Positions 39,444-49,902 of a stretch of DNA of 64,000 bases are shown piece after piece; position 1 is the first letter of the stretch; each line of letters starts with the position of its first letter. The translations under genes were made by a program, and so were the position numbers. Under the pieces are notes generated by a model. The model saw only the letters and a program-made list of their open reading frames with translations. It was not told the origin of the DNA and searched no databases. The stretch is taken from positions 62,171 to 126,170 of the forward strand of contig CAZRRH010000002.1 of assembly GCA_964602665.1 (NCBI GenBank), given 5' to 3'. Source of the stretch: an uncultured Candidatus Saccharibacteria bacterium. GTDB taxonomy: Bacteria > Patescibacteriota > Dojkabacteria > SC72 > WJKH01.

Positions 39444-40382
39444 ATGAGAAAAAAAATAGACATAATATTACCTGTTCATAATGAAGAGGAAAATATCCCA
39501 TTAATTTATAAAGAAATTTTGGATCAAGTTAAATTTGTTAATAAAAAATATGATTTTGAGATTATATTTGTAAACGATGGAAGTACCGATAAAAGTACGG
39601 AAGAAATAAAAAAATTGGTAAAAAAGAATAGTAAGATCAAATATCTTGTTTTTTCAAGAAATTTTGGTCATCACGCAGCGTTAGAGGCTGGCATGAAATA
39701 TGCTAAAGGTAATGCGGTAATCATGATGGATGCGGATTTACAGCATCCACCTTCTAAAATTCTTGAAATGATTAAAAAATGGGAAGAAGGTTTTCAAATC
39801 GTTAATACGAAGAGAGAGAATACCGAGAAAATAGGTTTTTTGAAGAAAATAATGTCCGATGGTTTTTATTGGGTGATAAATAGAATATCCGATATCAAAA
39901 TTGAAAATGGATCAGCAGATTTTAGATTAATTGATCGAAAAGTTGTAGAAGTCTTGAATAAACTGCCTGAAAAAGAGAAATTTTATAGAGGTCTTATTAA
40001 CTGGGTGGGATTTAATACCGTTGTAATAAATTATAAAGTGAGGGCCAGAATACATGGTAAGCCATCATATTCTATGAAAAAAATGATAAATCTGGCAAGA
40101 ATTGGGATAACATCTTTCAGCATGTTACCAATGAAGATAATACTTTCTTTTGGTATTTTACTAAGCCTTTTTGGAGGGATATTCTTTGTAGTAACACTAA
40201 TAGGATATTTTTTCTGGGAGAATTTTTTTTCTGGATCTACAATACTGGGGTCATTTATTTTAATGAACACAGGATTTATTGTTATAATGCTTGGAATAAA
40301 TTCAACATATCTGCTAAAAGCATTAAAACAAGTTGAAAACAGACCAAGTTATATTATAATGGAAAGCAATATAAATGAATAA
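39444..40382 (+). CDS. GT2 polyprenyl-phosphate glycosyltransferase (GtrB/ArnC-like)
   Basis: DGSTD, FSRNFGH, MDADLQHPP, ADFRLIDR; two C-terminal TMs. Confidence 0.92.
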   Translation: MRKKIDIILPVHNEEENIPLIYKEILDQVKFVNKKYDFEIIFVNDGSTDKSTEEIKKLVKKNSKIKYLVFSRNFGHHAALEAGMKYAKGNAVIMMDADLQHPPSKILEMIKKWEEGFQIVNTKRENTEKIGFLKKIMSDGFYWVINRISDIKIENGSADFRLIDRKVVEVLNKLPEKEKFYRGLINWVGFNTVVINYKVRARIHGKPSYSMKKMINLARIGITSFSMLPMKIILSFGILLSLFGGIFFVVTLIGYFFWENFFSGSTILGSFILMNTGFIVIMLGINSTYLLKALKQVENRPSYIIMESNINE

Positions 40383-41559
40383 AATAGGTATAGTTTCAAC
40401 ATATCCATCAGAAGATTTTTCTGATATGAACGAAAGCGCAATGAGCTGGTACAGTAAAAAGCTTTTAGATACTGTTCCAAAAGAATTAAGAAAAAATTTT
40501 ATCGTTCTTGCGAATAAGGAAGAAAGCTTAACTTCTTATTATGATAATGAAGTAAAAATAGATAGGTGTTGGAGTAGAAAGTCGTTTTTCTTCTTTATTG
40601 ATTTAATAAAAGAAATTAAGAGAGAGAAAATAAAAACAGTTCATGTCCAGCATGAGTTTAATCTTTTTGGATCGTTAATATCAACACCTTTTGTTTTATT
40701 GACGCTCTTTTTTTTAAAACTTATCGGAACGAGAATTATCGTCACTTTTCATGGGGTAATAAGTAAGAAAATCATTAAAGATGATTTTAATAAAATAAAT
40801 CAAATTAGATACCCTAATTTTTTCTTGAAAATATGCTTCTTTATATTTTATTTTCTTTCAGGCATTTTTATAGATCAAATAATTGTTCATGAGGAAATAT
40901 TTAAAAAAATTTTGGTAAAAGAATATTTCTTTTCTAAAAAAAGAATTCAAATTATAAATATAGGAATAGAGAAAATACAGAAGATTGATAAAGAAGATCC
41001 GTTACTAAGAGAGTTAGGAGTGATAAAAGACAAAAAGAATCTCTTATATTTCGGCTTTCTTGCAGGATATAAAGGAATAGATCTTTTAATAGATAGCTTT
41101 AATTTGCTTAATCAAGATAAATATACACTTTTTATATGCGGTGGTAAGCCAAAAAGAGTTGAAGAAGATATAAAATACAATGCCTGGTACAATAGGGTTG
41201 AAGAAAAAATCAAGAAAAATAAAAACATTATTATGACAGGCTTTGTGCCTGAGAATGATATAATAAAATATTTCTCAGTAGCTGATTTGCTAATTATTCC
41301 TTATTTGCAAATGTTGTCTGCAAGTGGTCCAATGGCTTTGGCTATTAGTTATGGTTTGCCGTTCATTGCAAGTGAAGTGTTTTCTGAAATTTGGGGAGAA
41401 GAAATTTGTTTTAAACTAAACAAAAAAAGCTTAGCAGAAAAAATCGAATATTATTTCGAACACGGAAAAGATAATATAAATGATATCGTAATTAAAGCAA
41501 GAGAAGAAAGAGAATGGAAGAATTTATGGTTAAAATATCAACAAATTTATTTTAGATGA
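40375..41559 (+). CDS. GT4 glycosyltransferase
   Basis: HVQHEF, TFH, FGFLAGYKGID, SASGPMALA. Confidence 0.9.
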   Translation: MNKIGIVSTYPSEDFSDMNESAMSWYSKKLLDTVPKELRKNFIVLANKEESLTSYYDNEVKIDRCWSRKSFFFFIDLIKEIKREKIKTVHVQHEFNLFGSLISTPFVLLTLFFLKLIGTRIIVTFHGVISKKIIKDDFNKINQIRYPNFFLKICFFIFYFLSGIFIDQIIVHEEIFKKILVKEYFFSKKRIQIINIGIEKIQKIDKEDPLLRELGVIKDKKNLLYFGFLAGYKGIDLLIDSFNLLNQDKYTLFICGGKPKRVEEDIKYNAWYNRVEEKIKKNKNIIMTGFVPENDIIKYFSVADLLIIPYLQMLSASGPMALAISYGLPFIASEVFSEIWGEEICFKLNKKSLAEKIEYYFEHGKDNINDIVIKAREEREWKNLWLKYQQIYFR

Positions 41560-42737
41560 AGATTCTTTTAGGAGTTCCTGAGTATCCTCCTTACAATGTA
41601 GGGGGAGGGGGGATAGTGTTTAAAAACTTAGCGGAACAATATAGGCAGAAAGGGCATGAAGTGGTTGTAGTTTATGGCTTTTATCCAACCAAGTCTATTT
41701 TTGCTAGCGTTTTAGAGTTTAAAGATGAAAATGGGATTCATTTTTATCAGATACCTGAGATACCTTATCCCAAGAAATTGCCTTTTTTAAGAACAGTTAT
41801 GCCACCAAATTTATCCGGATTTATAGCCATGTGGAAGATTTTGGGCTTAGAGAAACCGGATGTTGCACATTTACATGGATATGGGCTATTTATTGTTAAT
41901 TTAATGTCCGTTATGTTAAAGTTAAAAAAAATTAAATATGTCTTAACGATACATGGGTATCCTGAAACGCAGAAAAAAAGTGCTCCTTTGGTAAAATTAA
42001 TTTGGGGAATTTTCGATAAAACTTTAAATTATTTCTTGATTAAAAATGCTTCAAAAATTACTGCGGTAAGTAAATTTATTTTAAATGATTCAAGAAATAA
42101 ATTTAAACAAAAATCCATAGTGATTTATAATGGGTTTGATTACTATTCTTACAATAAAGTAAATAAGAAGTATGACATAAGAAATAAACACAAACTTAAG
42201 AAAGACGATTTCATAATTCTCTCTATTGGGCGAATTACTGAAATGAAAGGATTTCAATTAGTTGTGAAAAAAATTCCGGATCTTATAAAAAATGGTTTTA
42301 AACCAATATATATGATAATGGGAGAAGATGACGGATACAAAGCTGAATTACAGAGAATAATTTCTAAAGAGAAACTTGTTGATAATGTTCTTTTTTTAGG
42401 TTACATGAATATTGATGATAAAAAACAGTATTTAGAGCAATGTGATATATTCGCTGCTACATCAATTTGGGAGCCATTTGGACTTATTGCTCTTGAAGCA
42501 ATTTTTTTTAATAAAATAATATGGACTACCAACATAGGAGGTTTGAAAGAGATTCTAAAAGAGTACAAGAAAAAAATATTATTTACTACCAAAACCAATG
42601 AATTTATGAATAAAATAAATTTAAGCAAAAAAATAAAGGATGATTTTAATTTAGATCAATATTGGTGGGATAATATAACTTTAACATATCTAGAAACTCT
42701 TAATGAAATCAAAGAAGATTTTAATAATAACAAATGA
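41556..42737 (+). CDS. GT4 glycosyltransferase
   Basis: EYPPYNVGGGG, GRITEMKG, EPFGLIALEA. Confidence 0.92.
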   Translation: MKILLGVPEYPPYNVGGGGIVFKNLAEQYRQKGHEVVVVYGFYPTKSIFASVLEFKDENGIHFYQIPEIPYPKKLPFLRTVMPPNLSGFIAMWKILGLEKPDVAHLHGYGLFIVNLMSVMLKLKKIKYVLTIHGYPETQKKSAPLVKLIWGIFDKTLNYFLIKNASKITAVSKFILNDSRNKFKQKSIVIYNGFDYYSYNKVNKKYDIRNKHKLKKDDFIILSIGRITEMKGFQLVVKKIPDLIKNGFKPIYMIMGEDDGYKAELQRIISKEKLVDNVLFLGYMNIDDKKQYLEQCDIFAATSIWEPFGLIALEAIFFNKIIWTTNIGGLKEILKEYKKKILFTTKTNEFMNKINLSKKIKDDFNLDQYWWDNITLTYLETLNEIKEDFNNNK

Positions 42738-43518
42738 CTTGTATGCAAAAATAAAAGCATCAATTTGGTTAATAAGAAAAATCGGTTTGTTTAAATTCGT
42801 TATGATTTTTGGAGGAATATTGTTGCAAATAAAACGAAAGATCATTACAGTTTTTGATTTTCGCGGAGAAAAAATCTCTATGCAGATAGATTCCTTAAGA
42901 ACGGACATATCGATGTTAACAGAATGTTTTTATTTTGAATCATATTTACATGAAAAATTATCAATTGGGAAAAACGGTCTTATAATTGATGCTGGTGGTT
43001 ATAAGGGAGATAGTACAGTTTACTTATCAAAGATGTACCCTCTTGCAAGATTTGTTGTTTTAGAAGCTAACTCATCTCTTATTGATTATATAAAGACGAA
43101 TTTAGAATTAAATAAGATAAAAAGATACAAAATTATTAATAAGGCACTGTGTGACTTTAAGGGGACAATAAAATTTAAAATTAATGATAACCTTCAATAT
43201 TCAAGAGGAAGTAATGATGGAGAAACTTTTGTTGAGACAATTACTATAGAAGATATAAACAATCAGTTCGGCAGAATTTCTCTTTTAAAACTAGATATTG
43301 AGGGAGCCGAAGAAGATGTTTTAGTTCGTTCTAATTTGTCAAAAGTTGATGCAATAATAATGGAGGCTCACAACGATAGAATTAATCTATGGAGAATAAT
43401 AAAAAAGCTTAGGAAAGAGGGATTTAAAAAAATTAAGTTGAAGAATAGTAATCTGAAACTGCTGAATTTAGAAGATGAAAATGCTATTGTGTTTTTTGTA
43501 AAAGAGCATACAAAGTAA
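42703..43518 (+). CDS. FkbM-family methyltransferase
   Basis: IIDAGGYKG, LEAN, LLKLDIEGAE, MEAH. Confidence 0.9.
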   Translation: MKSKKILIITNDLYAKIKASIWLIRKIGLFKFVMIFGGILLQIKRKIITVFDFRGEKISMQIDSLRTDISMLTECFYFESYLHEKLSIGKNGLIIDAGGYKGDSTVYLSKMYPLARFVVLEANSSLIDYIKTNLELNKIKRYKIINKALCDFKGTIKFKINDNLQYSRGSNDGETFVETITIEDINNQFGRISLLKLDIEGAEEDVLVRSNLSKVDAIIMEAHNDRINLWRIIKKLRKEGFKKIKLKNSNLKLLNLEDENAIVFFVKEHTK

Positions 43519-43566
43519 AAACATTAAAATGGATAGTAGATATTAATTTATTAATTTTGTAATAAA

Positions 43567-44658
43567 ATGATAAAACAGAAAATGGCTGTTTGTATTACTG
43601 CATACGAGCCGGGCGGACAATCGGTAGTAGTGGAAGAAACGACTAAAAGATTTGCTAAATTTTATGATATTGATTTATACTGCGTTGGTGCGTCAAAACC
43701 TAAGCCTGCGTGGATAGACAATTTATACCTAGTTAAGCCGTGGGTACATAAGTATATTCCAATAATCAATAAGCAGTTTATAAATGATATAAAATCTCGT
43801 AATTATGCGCTTATACATTGTCACGATTCGCTTCCCTTCTTAAACGCATTCTACAAAAACGGTATAAAATATATGGTAACTTGTCTTGGTAACACAGATT
43901 GGCAGTATAGAGATGGATTAGTATCAAAAATAGATGGTATTGCGAGTTTACTATTTTATGGTAGAGGATACAAAGAAGCTGTTAAAGTTATATCTATAAG
44001 CAAATACTTGCAAGAATGGCTTAAAAAGACTTATAAAGTTGAATCACAAGTAATAGATCTTGGTGCCAATACAGACAGATTTCACCCTACGCAAAAAGCA
44101 AATTGGAGAGACAAAAGATTTATTTACTTTGGACAAATATCTTATCGCAAAGGCATTTTAGATCTTATTGAAATGTCTAGATTAATAAAAGATAAACATC
44201 CAGATTTTGTGCTTGAAATATATGGATTTGGCAAAGAAGAGTTTATGGAGAAAGTCCGAAATTTAATAAAAAAGCACAAACTAGAAAAAAATGTAAATTT
44301 AATCGGCTTTATAAAAGATGAGGAGCAAAATAGTAAGTATAACAGTGCTTTAGGTGTTATATCAGCTTCTTATTGGGAAGGATTTGGGTTGCCAATAATC
44401 GAGGCGTATAGATGTAACAGGCCAATCTTTGTTAGAAACAGAACCGCCATGAAAGATCTTGTAATTGATGAGAGATTTCGATTTGATGATGTTGATCAGC
44501 TTGTTGGGAAACTAGATTATTTTCTTTCAAATGAGAAAGAGTTTAGAGATATTGATTGGACAACTAAGCTTGATAGTGAAAAGTTCAGTTGGGATTTTAA
44601 CGCAAAAAAATACTTAAATTTATTTAAAAAAAAATATGATTATAGGGCAGAATTTTAA
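43567..44658 (+). CDS. GT4 glycosyltransferase (copy 1 of near-identical pair)
   Basis: GQISYRKG, EGFGLPIIEA. Confidence 0.92.
   Translation: MIKQKMAVCITAYEPGGQSVVVEETTKRFAKFYDIDLYCVGASKPKPAWIDNLYLVKPWVHKYIPIINKQFINDIKSRNYALIHCHDSLPFLNAFYKNGIKYMVTCLGNTDWQYRDGLVSKIDGIASLLFYGRGYKEAVKVISISKYLQEWLKKTYKVESQVIDLGANTDRFHPTQKANWRDKRFIYFGQISYRKGILDLIEMSRLIKDKHPDFVLEIYGFGKEEFMEKVRNLIKKHKLEKNVNLIGFIKDEEQNSKYNSALGVISASYWEGFGLPIIEAYRCNRPIFVRNRTAMKDLVIDERFRFDDVDQLVGKLDYFLSNEKEFRDIDWTTKLDSEKFSWDFNAKKYLNLFKKKYDYRAEF
43603..44601 (+). repeat. ~999-bp direct repeat, copy 1
   Basis: Matches 57182-58180 (offset 13579); no differences found by eye. Confidence 0.9.
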
Positions 44659-45343
44659 ACAAAATGTTACGACGGAAAAATCTCTTAGAGATGGGTATGA
44701 TAAAGTTTATGCTGAAGAAATAATGAAATTGGATGAGGATAAATTTTATAACTATATAGCAAAATTAGCAAAAAAATACTCAAATAACGGAAGTTTACTT
44801 GATATATCGTGCGGGTTAGGCCAATTGACAAACTTCTCTAGGGAACTTGGATTTGATGCTTATGGTATAGATATATCAAATGAAGCGATAAACAAAGCAA
44901 AAAGGAATTATCCTGATTGTAAATTTAATATTGGAAATTCGGAAAGATTACCATTTGAGAATGAAACGTTTGATATTGTTACAAATATGGGTTCTTTAGA
45001 ACATTATATTGATATGGAAAAGGCAATAAAAGAATCTGCTCGTGTTCTGAAGAAAAAGGGTTTTGCATTGTATATGTTGCCAAATCAATATTTTTTGCCA
45101 GATTTCTTCAAGGTTTTTTTACTTGGTGATCCAAATAATAAGCTTCAGCCAATTGAACGATTTGCCTCAAAAAATGAATGGAAGGGCTTACTTGAAAACA
45201 ACGGATTAAAAGTTGTTAAAATCTTAAGGTATAATCAAAAGTTTAGAGGCAAAGGATTTTTAGGTTTTATTTATAATGTGATCGAAAAGATAATTCCTTT
45301 TAATCTGTCTTGGCATTTTATATATATATGTAACCGAGCATAG
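44636..45343 (+). CDS. Class I SAM-dependent methyltransferase
   Basis: LLDISCGLG, GIDIS, LPFENETFD, SLEH, RVLKKKG. Confidence 0.92.
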   Translation: MIIGQNFKQNVTTEKSLRDGYDKVYAEEIMKLDEDKFYNYIAKLAKKYSNNGSLLDISCGLGQLTNFSRELGFDAYGIDISNEAINKAKRNYPDCKFNIGNSERLPFENETFDIVTNMGSLEHYIDMEKAIKESARVLKKKGFALYMLPNQYFLPDFFKVFLLGDPNNKLQPIERFASKNEWKGLLENNGLKVVKILRYNQKFRGKGFLGFIYNVIEKIIPFNLSWHFIYICNRA

Positions 45344-45389
45344 GTTAAATGGTTATCATCTGTGAGGAACGAAGCAAATTGAAAGAATC

Positions 45390-47654
45390 ATGAAAAGATC
45401 TCTTTATATTATATATACGGTTTTTTTTATAATATTTTTTATCTTGCCATTGTTTTATCTTTTTTGGAAAAATAAGGGCTCTTCTATTCTTGGGCTTGAT
45501 TTGATAAATTATTATAATCCTGAAAAGAATCTCAAAGAAATTTTTTATATGTGGATTGAGAACGGCGGGAATGGATTTGGGTTTTATTTACCTATAAGAA
45601 TATTTGAAATTTTGAATGTCTCGATAAGCGTTTTTTTAAAGAAGTTGGGGGTTTCATTTAATGCTTGGTATAAAATATATTATTTTTTATCATTGATAAT
45701 TGGATATATTGGAATTTTTAAGCTTCTTAGTATGTTTTATAGAACAAAGATCATGTCTATTAAATTATTACTCGTTTCATATATATATATATTAAATCCA
45801 TTTACTTTAATAATAATTTATAACCCCGTTCCTTACTTTATAAATTTTATGGCTTTAACTCCATGGATTGCCTTTTTTTATATTCGAATTATTCGTGATC
45901 CTAACAGTAAAAGCTTATTATTGTTTTTAGCACTTAGTATTTTCTTAAATGTGGCATTTGCAAATTTAGCCTTCTTGGCTACATTAGTAATTCTCTTATT
46001 GATAATTAGCGTATTAGAAATAAAGAATATTTATAAAAATAGGAAAATACTTACTATTTATTTAATTATAATTTTTCTATTCAACTCATATTGGACTTTG
46101 AACTTAGGTCATTTTTATATTTTTAATAGAACAGACTTATTTGAAAGTGAGATAAACATTATTAAAACGGTCTTTGATATTGAGTCGATAAGTAAGTATG
46201 CTAAACTATCTAATATTTATCGTGGAATCGGAGGTTGGGATTTTTTTAATTCTCCTTTTGGTAAGCCATCGATAAGCTTCTCCTCGTTTTATAAGCAAGT
46301 TGTGCCAAGTATTTTGTTGTTTTTAAATCTGGTGCCTTTTCTAATGATTATTATTGACAAGAAGCATCAAGGTAGAAAAAGCATAATCATGGGTTCGTAC
46401 TTGCTAATAATATTTATGATATCTTATGGATTAGATAGTCTATGGTTTAAATCTGGAATTGTTAAGTCTGGTTTATATATGTTTAGAGATACTTTTAGTA
46501 AATTTGGAATGCTAATTCCATTTTTAATGACTATTTCTTGGTGTGAAACGATTAAGAGTAGCGGAAAAACAGCAATTTTTTTTCTTAGCCTTGCCATGCT
46601 TATAAATTCATATCCTCATTTAACAGGACAATTTATTAATAACGACTATTACTCTAATTATCCAAATGAATATAAGATTATTGGCAAAATAATCGATGAA
46701 GATTTTTCGTCAAATAGAGCTCTAAAGGTTCCAATCCCGACTTTTATTGCCATAGGAGAGAAAAATGATACATTGGCATGGGATTATTGGGGACCAGCTT
46801 TTTTATATGAGTTCACTGAAAAAAGGACGATAGAGATTCCTTCAAGAGCTGTTAATCGTTACTCAGATAAATACATGGAGAATTTCGTTGAAAATATAAA
46901 TGAAGAATATTTTTGTGAAAACTTAGATGAGATAAACATAAAACATATTCTTTTCAATAATAATTATTATGACTATTTATCTCCGAATGATAATGAAAAG
47001 ATTAAAGATAAATATTTTAAGATAGTAAATTCTTGTCAAAAGCTGGAACTTGTTTATGAAAGTAATGGTTATTACCTTTTCATAAACAAGGATGATTTAA
47101 GAGCAATTATTGATGGGAAAAACTTGTCTTTCCATAAAAATAATCCTACAAAATATAGTTTAAAAGTAGATAAAATAAAAGATAAGTTAAAGATAAACTT
47201 TTATGATTCATTTGATTATAATTGGCAATTGTATTTAAAAAGTAATAAAGAGTTTGCATCTGAAATGTTTTTAAATGCAGAAAAAAAACATATTGGCAAT
47301 TCAATAGAATATATTTCTAAAGATAAATTTGCTTTTAAGCTTACTGATCTCTCATACCTTTGGCGTAAGCCAATATTTGAAGATACGCATGAACTAGTAT
47401 ATGACTATGCAAACGGGTGGACAATAGATCCTGAGTACATAAAAGCAAACTATCCACCAGAATATTACCACGAGAACCCAGATGGCTCAATAGACATACA
47501 GTTGACCCTGTACTTTAAACCCCAGTCATACTTTTATCTTGGCATAATAATCTCCGTCACGACATTTACAGGATGTATAATATACCTAATAATAGACACA
47601 ATTAAAACTAAACGGCGCAAAAAAGATACAAATGAACCTCAAAACAAAAAGTAA
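45390..47654 (+). CDS. Polytopic membrane protein, putative GT-C (AftD/YfhO-like) glycosyltransferase
   Basis: Many TMs; YILNPF, MFRDTFSKF, YPNEY; C-terminal YANGW...LYFKPQ then TM. Confidence 0.65.
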   Translation: MKRSLYIIYTVFFIIFFILPLFYLFWKNKGSSILGLDLINYYNPEKNLKEIFYMWIENGGNGFGFYLPIRIFEILNVSISVFLKKLGVSFNAWYKIYYFLSLIIGYIGIFKLLSMFYRTKIMSIKLLLVSYIYILNPFTLIIIYNPVPYFINFMALTPWIAFFYIRIIRDPNSKSLLLFLALSIFLNVAFANLAFLATLVILLLIISVLEIKNIYKNRKILTIYLIIIFLFNSYWTLNLGHFYIFNRTDLFESEINIIKTVFDIESISKYAKLSNIYRGIGGWDFFNSPFGKPSISFSSFYKQVVPSILLFLNLVPFLMIIIDKKHQGRKSIIMGSYLLIIFMISYGLDSLWFKSGIVKSGLYMFRDTFSKFGMLIPFLMTISWCETIKSSGKTAIFFLSLAMLINSYPHLTGQFINNDYYSNYPNEYKIIGKIIDEDFSSNRALKVPIPTFIAIGEKNDTLAWDYWGPAFLYEFTEKRTIEIPSRAVNRYSDKYMENFVENINEEYFCENLDEINIKHILFNNNYYDYLSPNDNEKIKDKYFKIVNSCQKLELVYESNGYYLFINKDDLRAIIDGKNLSFHKNNPTKYSLKVDKIKDKLKINFYDSFDYNWQLYLKSNKEFASEMFLNAEKKHIGNSIEYISKDKFAFKLTDLSYLWRKPIFEDTHELVYDYANGWTIDPEYIKANYPPEYYHENPDGSIDIQLTLYFKPQSYFYLGIIISVTTFTGCIIYLIIDTIKTKRRKKDTNEPQNKK

Positions 47655-49902
47655 AAAAACATATACCACAATAATTCTTATCCTACTAATCATCCTCTCC
47701 ATCCTCAACCTTCTCCCACTTAACCACATATATTCTCAATATGACATCGCACAGCAAATTGTTCCACGCCAGATCTTAGAGCAAATATACCTGTGGTCAC
47801 AAAGAGATCTAGGTGCAATGGCAACATCTTACTCCTCACTCCAATACTATCTTCCTCTCACAATCATCCCTACCACGCTCCACACAGCATACTATTACCT
47901 CATATTCCTCATCCCAACATACCTTGGCATAACATACTACCTATCCCAAAATAAAACGCAAAAATTAAAAAACAAAACTTACCTGCTCTCTCTAGTCTAT
48001 ACCATCTCCTTCTTCCCAGTATACTCATTCTTCTATCAGGGAGGACATTTCCCATTTCATAACCTATACTCACTATTTCCACCAATATTCATCCTATACT
48101 ACTTATACATAAGCAAAACAGAAAAAGAGGAGGCAAAAAGCTATCAATTTAAAATTCAAAACTTAAAATTTAAAATTGATAATAATTTATTAATCCTCCT
48201 TGCCATTCTTTTTCTAACTAACATAGTCAACTCCAATATCCCGTATTTTTTCTCGCTTAACCTAGTTTTAATACTAATTGCAGTAGTTAATTACATCATC
48301 CTAAAATCACGCAAAGCGGTTCGTACAATACCTTACTTGTTCAAAATAGCTAAATTTTACATACTATATTTCTTAATTACCGTTTGGAGCACAGTGCCAC
48401 AAATAATACAGCATTTAAACACATATTCATCGTTTATGAGACAGCAAGAGCACTTTCCCATAGACCAATGGCTGTTTTGGCAGTCAATGAATTTCACAGA
48501 GAGCTTGACGATGTTTTGGGAGACTCGCAGATACCTGGATCAGATACCTCTAACTGTATATGGCGCACTGGCCATTACATTTCTAGCCTTTGTCGTTTTA
48601 ATCGCAACAAAAAAGAGAACAGCGATACTTACGATACTTTGGGCAACATATATATTTGTCATATTTTTAGCCAATAAAGGGGCATACTGGCTTCCGCAGC
48701 GTTGGACACTTGCCATTTTCAAGCTTCCATTTTTGGCACCAATAAGATCATATGATAAGACGCTAATTTTTATGCCATTTCTTTTGTTTGCGATAATATC
48801 TTACTATATCCTGACTGATTACGAGAAAAACAAGAGATTAAAGCAAGTCATGCTTGCAGTACTATGCATCTCACAGATAATCGCCTCATATCCACTATGG
48901 AGTGGCCAGTTAGTCACAAAGTACTCACAACAGCATGCTAAAGGTGAGGATTACACAACTGCAGAGTATTCGCCCGTTGTACAAATCCCACAAGATTATT
49001 ATGATGTAGCACAAATATTAAATGCCAAGTATGATAATGGTAGAAATCAATTCCGTGTTATGCGCTTGCCATATTCTGTAGTAAACTCGGCGGGTTGGGC
49101 TAACTACCCTAAGTGGAAAGTCAACAGCGCTGATCCTACAATACAGCTATTTGATATGCCTTCCGTTCAGCCACAGTCCTTTCCTGATGAAGCTTTTGGT
49201 TTGTGGAATTGGGGATTGGAGTGGAATGAGGATGATAAATCGCAGAGCATGTGGCTTCTTAATTTTATGACATTTACTAATAGTCGATATATTATTTATC
49301 ATAAAGATGTTAAGCCGGAGTTTATTGCTGATACGATTGACAAGATAAACTACTACAAAGAGCAGGGGTTGATAACGCAGATTTATAGTGGTGAGTATAT
49401 TGACGCTTATGAATTATCTCGGATTTACATTGGCGATCATTTTTATATCGCTGATAAAATCGAGTATTTTAGTGGCGACTACGATAATTATGCAAGCCGG
49501 CTTTACAATTTGAATGCTAACTCGGTTTTTATACATAGCGATAGAATTACACAAGAACAGTTAGTTTCGCTATATAATATTAAAAAATCAGATGCACAAA
49601 TAAGCTATGAGTATATTAGCCCGATAAAATATAAAATAACCGTAAAAAATGCGACAGAGCCGTTCGTTTTGGTTATGCGAGAGGGTTATCACAAAGGCTG
49701 GAGGCTTACTGGTGCAAGCTGTGATCATATATTTGCAAATGGTTTTGCTAATGGATGGATAATTGATCCTGGTGATAGCGATGAGCTTGACTTAACTCTC
49801 TATTTTATACCGCAAACATTATACTGGGTTACTTTTGCTATATCCTCTTTGACTTTTTTATGGGTTTTATATATGATAATCATGATTAAAAAAAAGAAAT
49901 GA
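47632..49902 (+). CDS. Polytopic membrane protein, putative GT-C glycosyltransferase (paralog of upstream gene)
   Basis: IRSYDK, IPQDY, C-terminal FANGW...LYFIPQ then TM; contains an in-frame heptamer insert. Confidence 0.65.
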   Translation: MNLKTKSKKTYTTIILILLIILSILNLLPLNHIYSQYDIAQQIVPRQILEQIYLWSQRDLGAMATSYSSLQYYLPLTIIPTTLHTAYYYLIFLIPTYLGITYYLSQNKTQKLKNKTYLLSLVYTISFFPVYSFFYQGGHFPFHNLYSLFPPIFILYYLYISKTEKEEAKSYQFKIQNLKFKIDNNLLILLAILFLTNIVNSNIPYFFSLNLVLILIAVVNYIILKSRKAVRTIPYLFKIAKFYILYFLITVWSTVPQIIQHLNTYSSFMRQQEHFPIDQWLFWQSMNFTESLTMFWETRRYLDQIPLTVYGALAITFLAFVVLIATKKRTAILTILWATYIFVIFLANKGAYWLPQRWTLAIFKLPFLAPIRSYDKTLIFMPFLLFAIISYYILTDYEKNKRLKQVMLAVLCISQIIASYPLWSGQLVTKYSQQHAKGEDYTTAEYSPVVQIPQDYYDVAQILNAKYDNGRNQFRVMRLPYSVVNSAGWANYPKWKVNSADPTIQLFDMPSVQPQSFPDEAFGLWNWGLEWNEDDKSQSMWLLNFMTFTNSRYIIYHKDVKPEFIADTIDKINYYKEQGLITQIYSGEYIDAYELSRIYIGDHFYIADKIEYFSGDYDNYASRLYNLNANSVFIHSDRITQEQLVSLYNIKKSDAQISYEYISPIKYKITVKNATEPFVLVMREGYHKGWRLTGASCDHIFANGFANGWIIDPGDSDELDLTLYFIPQTLYWVTFAISSLTFLWVLYMIIMIKKKK
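48146..48180 (+). repeat. Five degenerate 7-bp units inside CDS
   Basis: AATTTAA AATTCAA AACTTAA AATTTAA AATTGAT, read as QFKIQNLKFKID. Confidence 0.75.
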
